Assembly: GCA_016840065.1 (NCBI GenBank)
Contig: JAEOTB010000101.1
Span: 1 to 48,400 of the forward strand
DNA length: 48,400 nucleotides
DNA from: Candidatus Hermodarchaeota archaeon
GTDB taxonomy: Archaea; Asgardarchaeota; Hermodarchaeia; Hermodarchaeales; Hermodarchaeaceae
Direction: 5' to 3'
In this document: positions 46,917 to 48,400 of the stretch, piece after piece
How positions within the stretch are numbered: the first letter of the stretch is position 1
How the letters are laid out: each line of letters opens with the position of its first letter
Notes under the pieces: model-generated
What the model saw: only the letters and a program-made list of their open reading frames with translations
Database searches by the model: none
Told to the model about the DNA's origin: nothing
Translations under genes and position numbers: made by a program

Positions 46917-47804
46917 ATGGATTCCGACCATCCAGCTACCAGCATAGCGGACATTAGCGAGGTCCCCGCAGAAGCCGCCCTCTTTAAGGCCCTAGGAAAT
47001 CCCATTCGCCGCAGCATCCTCCGCCTAACAAGTCAAAGAGGCTACACAAGTTACACTGAACTCAAAGACAACCTCGGCCTCGAACCAGGAACCCTCTATT
47101 TTCATCTCGAACAACTCATGGATCCTGAAGCTGCCCTCATTATACAAGACAAAGACCGCCGCTATGTGATCACTCCTTTAGGACGCGTGGCAGCTACCTT
47201 TCTCTCCAATGCTCAAGATATCATTCCCAGCACTGCGCCACCAAGTAAAGACGCACAACACCCCCGCTTACACAGGATTGTCCGTATCCTTGGTCTTGCA
47301 CCACTATTCCGCTACCTCAACACCCGCCCCGACTACTTCATCGTCGAAGCCATCTTGACCTTTGCCCTCATCGCATACCTCACAACCCTATTACCCCTAA
47401 CAATAATCGGAGTTCTTCCCCTTGATCTCCAACTCCCTATCCTTCTTCCACCAGCTGCATACCTAATCGTCTCCTGGCTCTGCCTCACTGGAGCTACCGA
47501 AGTTATCACACGTTTCCGGTACAAATCATCCCGTGGTTTTCCTGCACTCCTCACCGCTACACCTTTCGTTTGGCTCCCAACCAGCCTATACCTAGTACTT
47601 CGAATACTCGTACCACACTTCCTCCTATTCCCTCTACTTGCCTTCACAATCCTCTTCGCCACTATCACCTGGAGCCTATGGATCCACATCCAAGCAATAA
47701 CCTACACCAAACGGATAGCCCCACGCAAAGCAGCACTGGCTACAATAATCATAACAAACATCACACTCCTCACCATCGTAATCATCATCCTAATCCTCCC
47801 CTGA
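46917..47804 (+). CDS. Membrane-tethered ArsR-type wHTH regulator (HTH + ~5 TM)
   Basis: LFKALGNPIRRSIL..SYTELK..GTLYFHL..Y.ITPLG followed by hydrophobic helices. Confidence 0.85.
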   Translation: MDSDHPATSIADISEVPAEAALFKALGNPIRRSILRLTSQRGYTSYTELKDNLGLEPGTLYFHLEQLMDPEAALIIQDKDRRYVITPLGRVAATFLSNAQDIIPSTAPPSKDAQHPRLHRIVRILGLAPLFRYLNTRPDYFIVEAILTFALIAYLTTLLPLTIIGVLPLDLQLPILLPPAAYLIVSWLCLTGATEVITRFRYKSSRGFPALLTATPFVWLPTSLYLVLRILVPHFLLFPLLAFTILFATITWSLWIHIQAITYTKRIAPRKAALATIIITNITLLTIVIIILILP

Positions 47805-47832
47805 ACCCCAGCAAACCCTCCCCCACAAACCC

Positions 47833-47856
47833 CTGCGAAGCATTTTTAAATCGCAG
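47833..47856 (+). promoter_or_regulatory. Probable rRNA operon promoter (BRE/TATA)
   Basis: GCGAAGCA-TTTTTAAA about 350 nt upstream of 16S; bracketed by CTGCGA/TCGCAG. Confidence 0.6.
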
Positions 47857-48197
47857 TGCTACCACCAATCTTTACGCGGCGTTGTCACTTGATATGCTCG
47901 CTCACGAGCAGATAGACAACCCACGCACAAGCCGCAGCAAAAACGGCGTAGCAGCCCCGAGAAACAGGGCGCGTCCCGCCCCCCAATGACCGGCTGCTCT
48001 CAAGCATGCGGCACAAACATGCAGACCCGAGCAAACCAGCAACACTGGACTCTCAGGTCCAAGACACGTCCACCTCAAACTACACAATTCCATAGATCCC
48101 TCGACAACCCACACCATAACCCACCGCCATCCGTCCCAACAACACGGGACAAAAATATAGTACCATGCGACTAACCCAAAATTAAGACCAAACAACC

Positions 48198-48400
48198 AAC
48201 ACTGGTTGATCCTGCCAGACCCGACTGCTATCGGGGTGAGACTAAGATATGCAAGTTGCACGCCAATAACTATGTATTGGAGTAGCGCATCGCTCAGTAA
48301 CACGTTGACAACCTACCCTCCGGACGGGGACAACCTCGGGAAACTGAGGCTAATCCCCGATAGGCGACGATGCCTGGAATGGTTCGCCGCCCAAAGGCAA
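48198..48400 (+). rRNA. rrs: 16S rRNA, 5' part (3'-truncated by window end)
   Basis: CTGGTTGATCCTGCCAGACCCGACTGCTATCGGGG...GCTCAGTAACACGT...AACCTACCC...GGGAAACTGAGGCTAATCCCC archaeal SSU signatures; 5' end approximate. Confidence 0.96.

Noticed and set aside
47902-48303. 133-aa minus-strand ORF and 62-aa plus-strand ORF
   Set aside because: Overlap the rRNA leader and 16S; no protein features

Overview
Archaeal core-genome window, most consistent with an Asgard (or Asgard/TACK-like) lineage. This is inferred from eukaryote-like STT3 motifs, a presenilin-type protease, eL38, RPA2/RPA3-like subunits, a eukaryote-like aIF1A N-tail and an archaeal 16S with a CTGGTTGATCCTGCCAG 5' end. It is densely packed with information-processing genes: AglB; nop10-aIF2alpha-S27e-L44e-GINS-PriS-PriL-PCNA-RPA3; Cdc48; EF-1beta; Nob1; aIF5A/DHS; SRP54-TrmY-Pus10-L21e-RpoF-DUF655-KsgA-HemK-DRG; L10e; enolase; METTL5-Csl4-RpoL-TFS; Pth2-TruD; sucCD; L40e; L38e; aIF2beta-NMD3-aIF1A-Nep1-Rio1-Pno1. 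It also holds five tRNA genes, four of which carry a total of five 29-32 nt introns at non-canonical positions, and the start of a 16S rRNA gene. Three real CDSs are absent from the supplied ORF track: a Zn-ribbon protein, L40e, and Pno1, which appears to start at ATA. No CRISPR array, transposase or prophage was seen. The most notable signals are: kilobase-scale G+T versus C+A strand-skew domains that override codon and amino-acid usage; the non-canonical tRNA introns; eukaryote-like initiation-factor tails; the presenilin homolog; and a divergent pair (surface glycoprotein / membrane-tethered HTH regulator) with perfect operator-like palindromes just upstream of the rRNA promoter. All product calls come from motif recognition by eye, not database searches.
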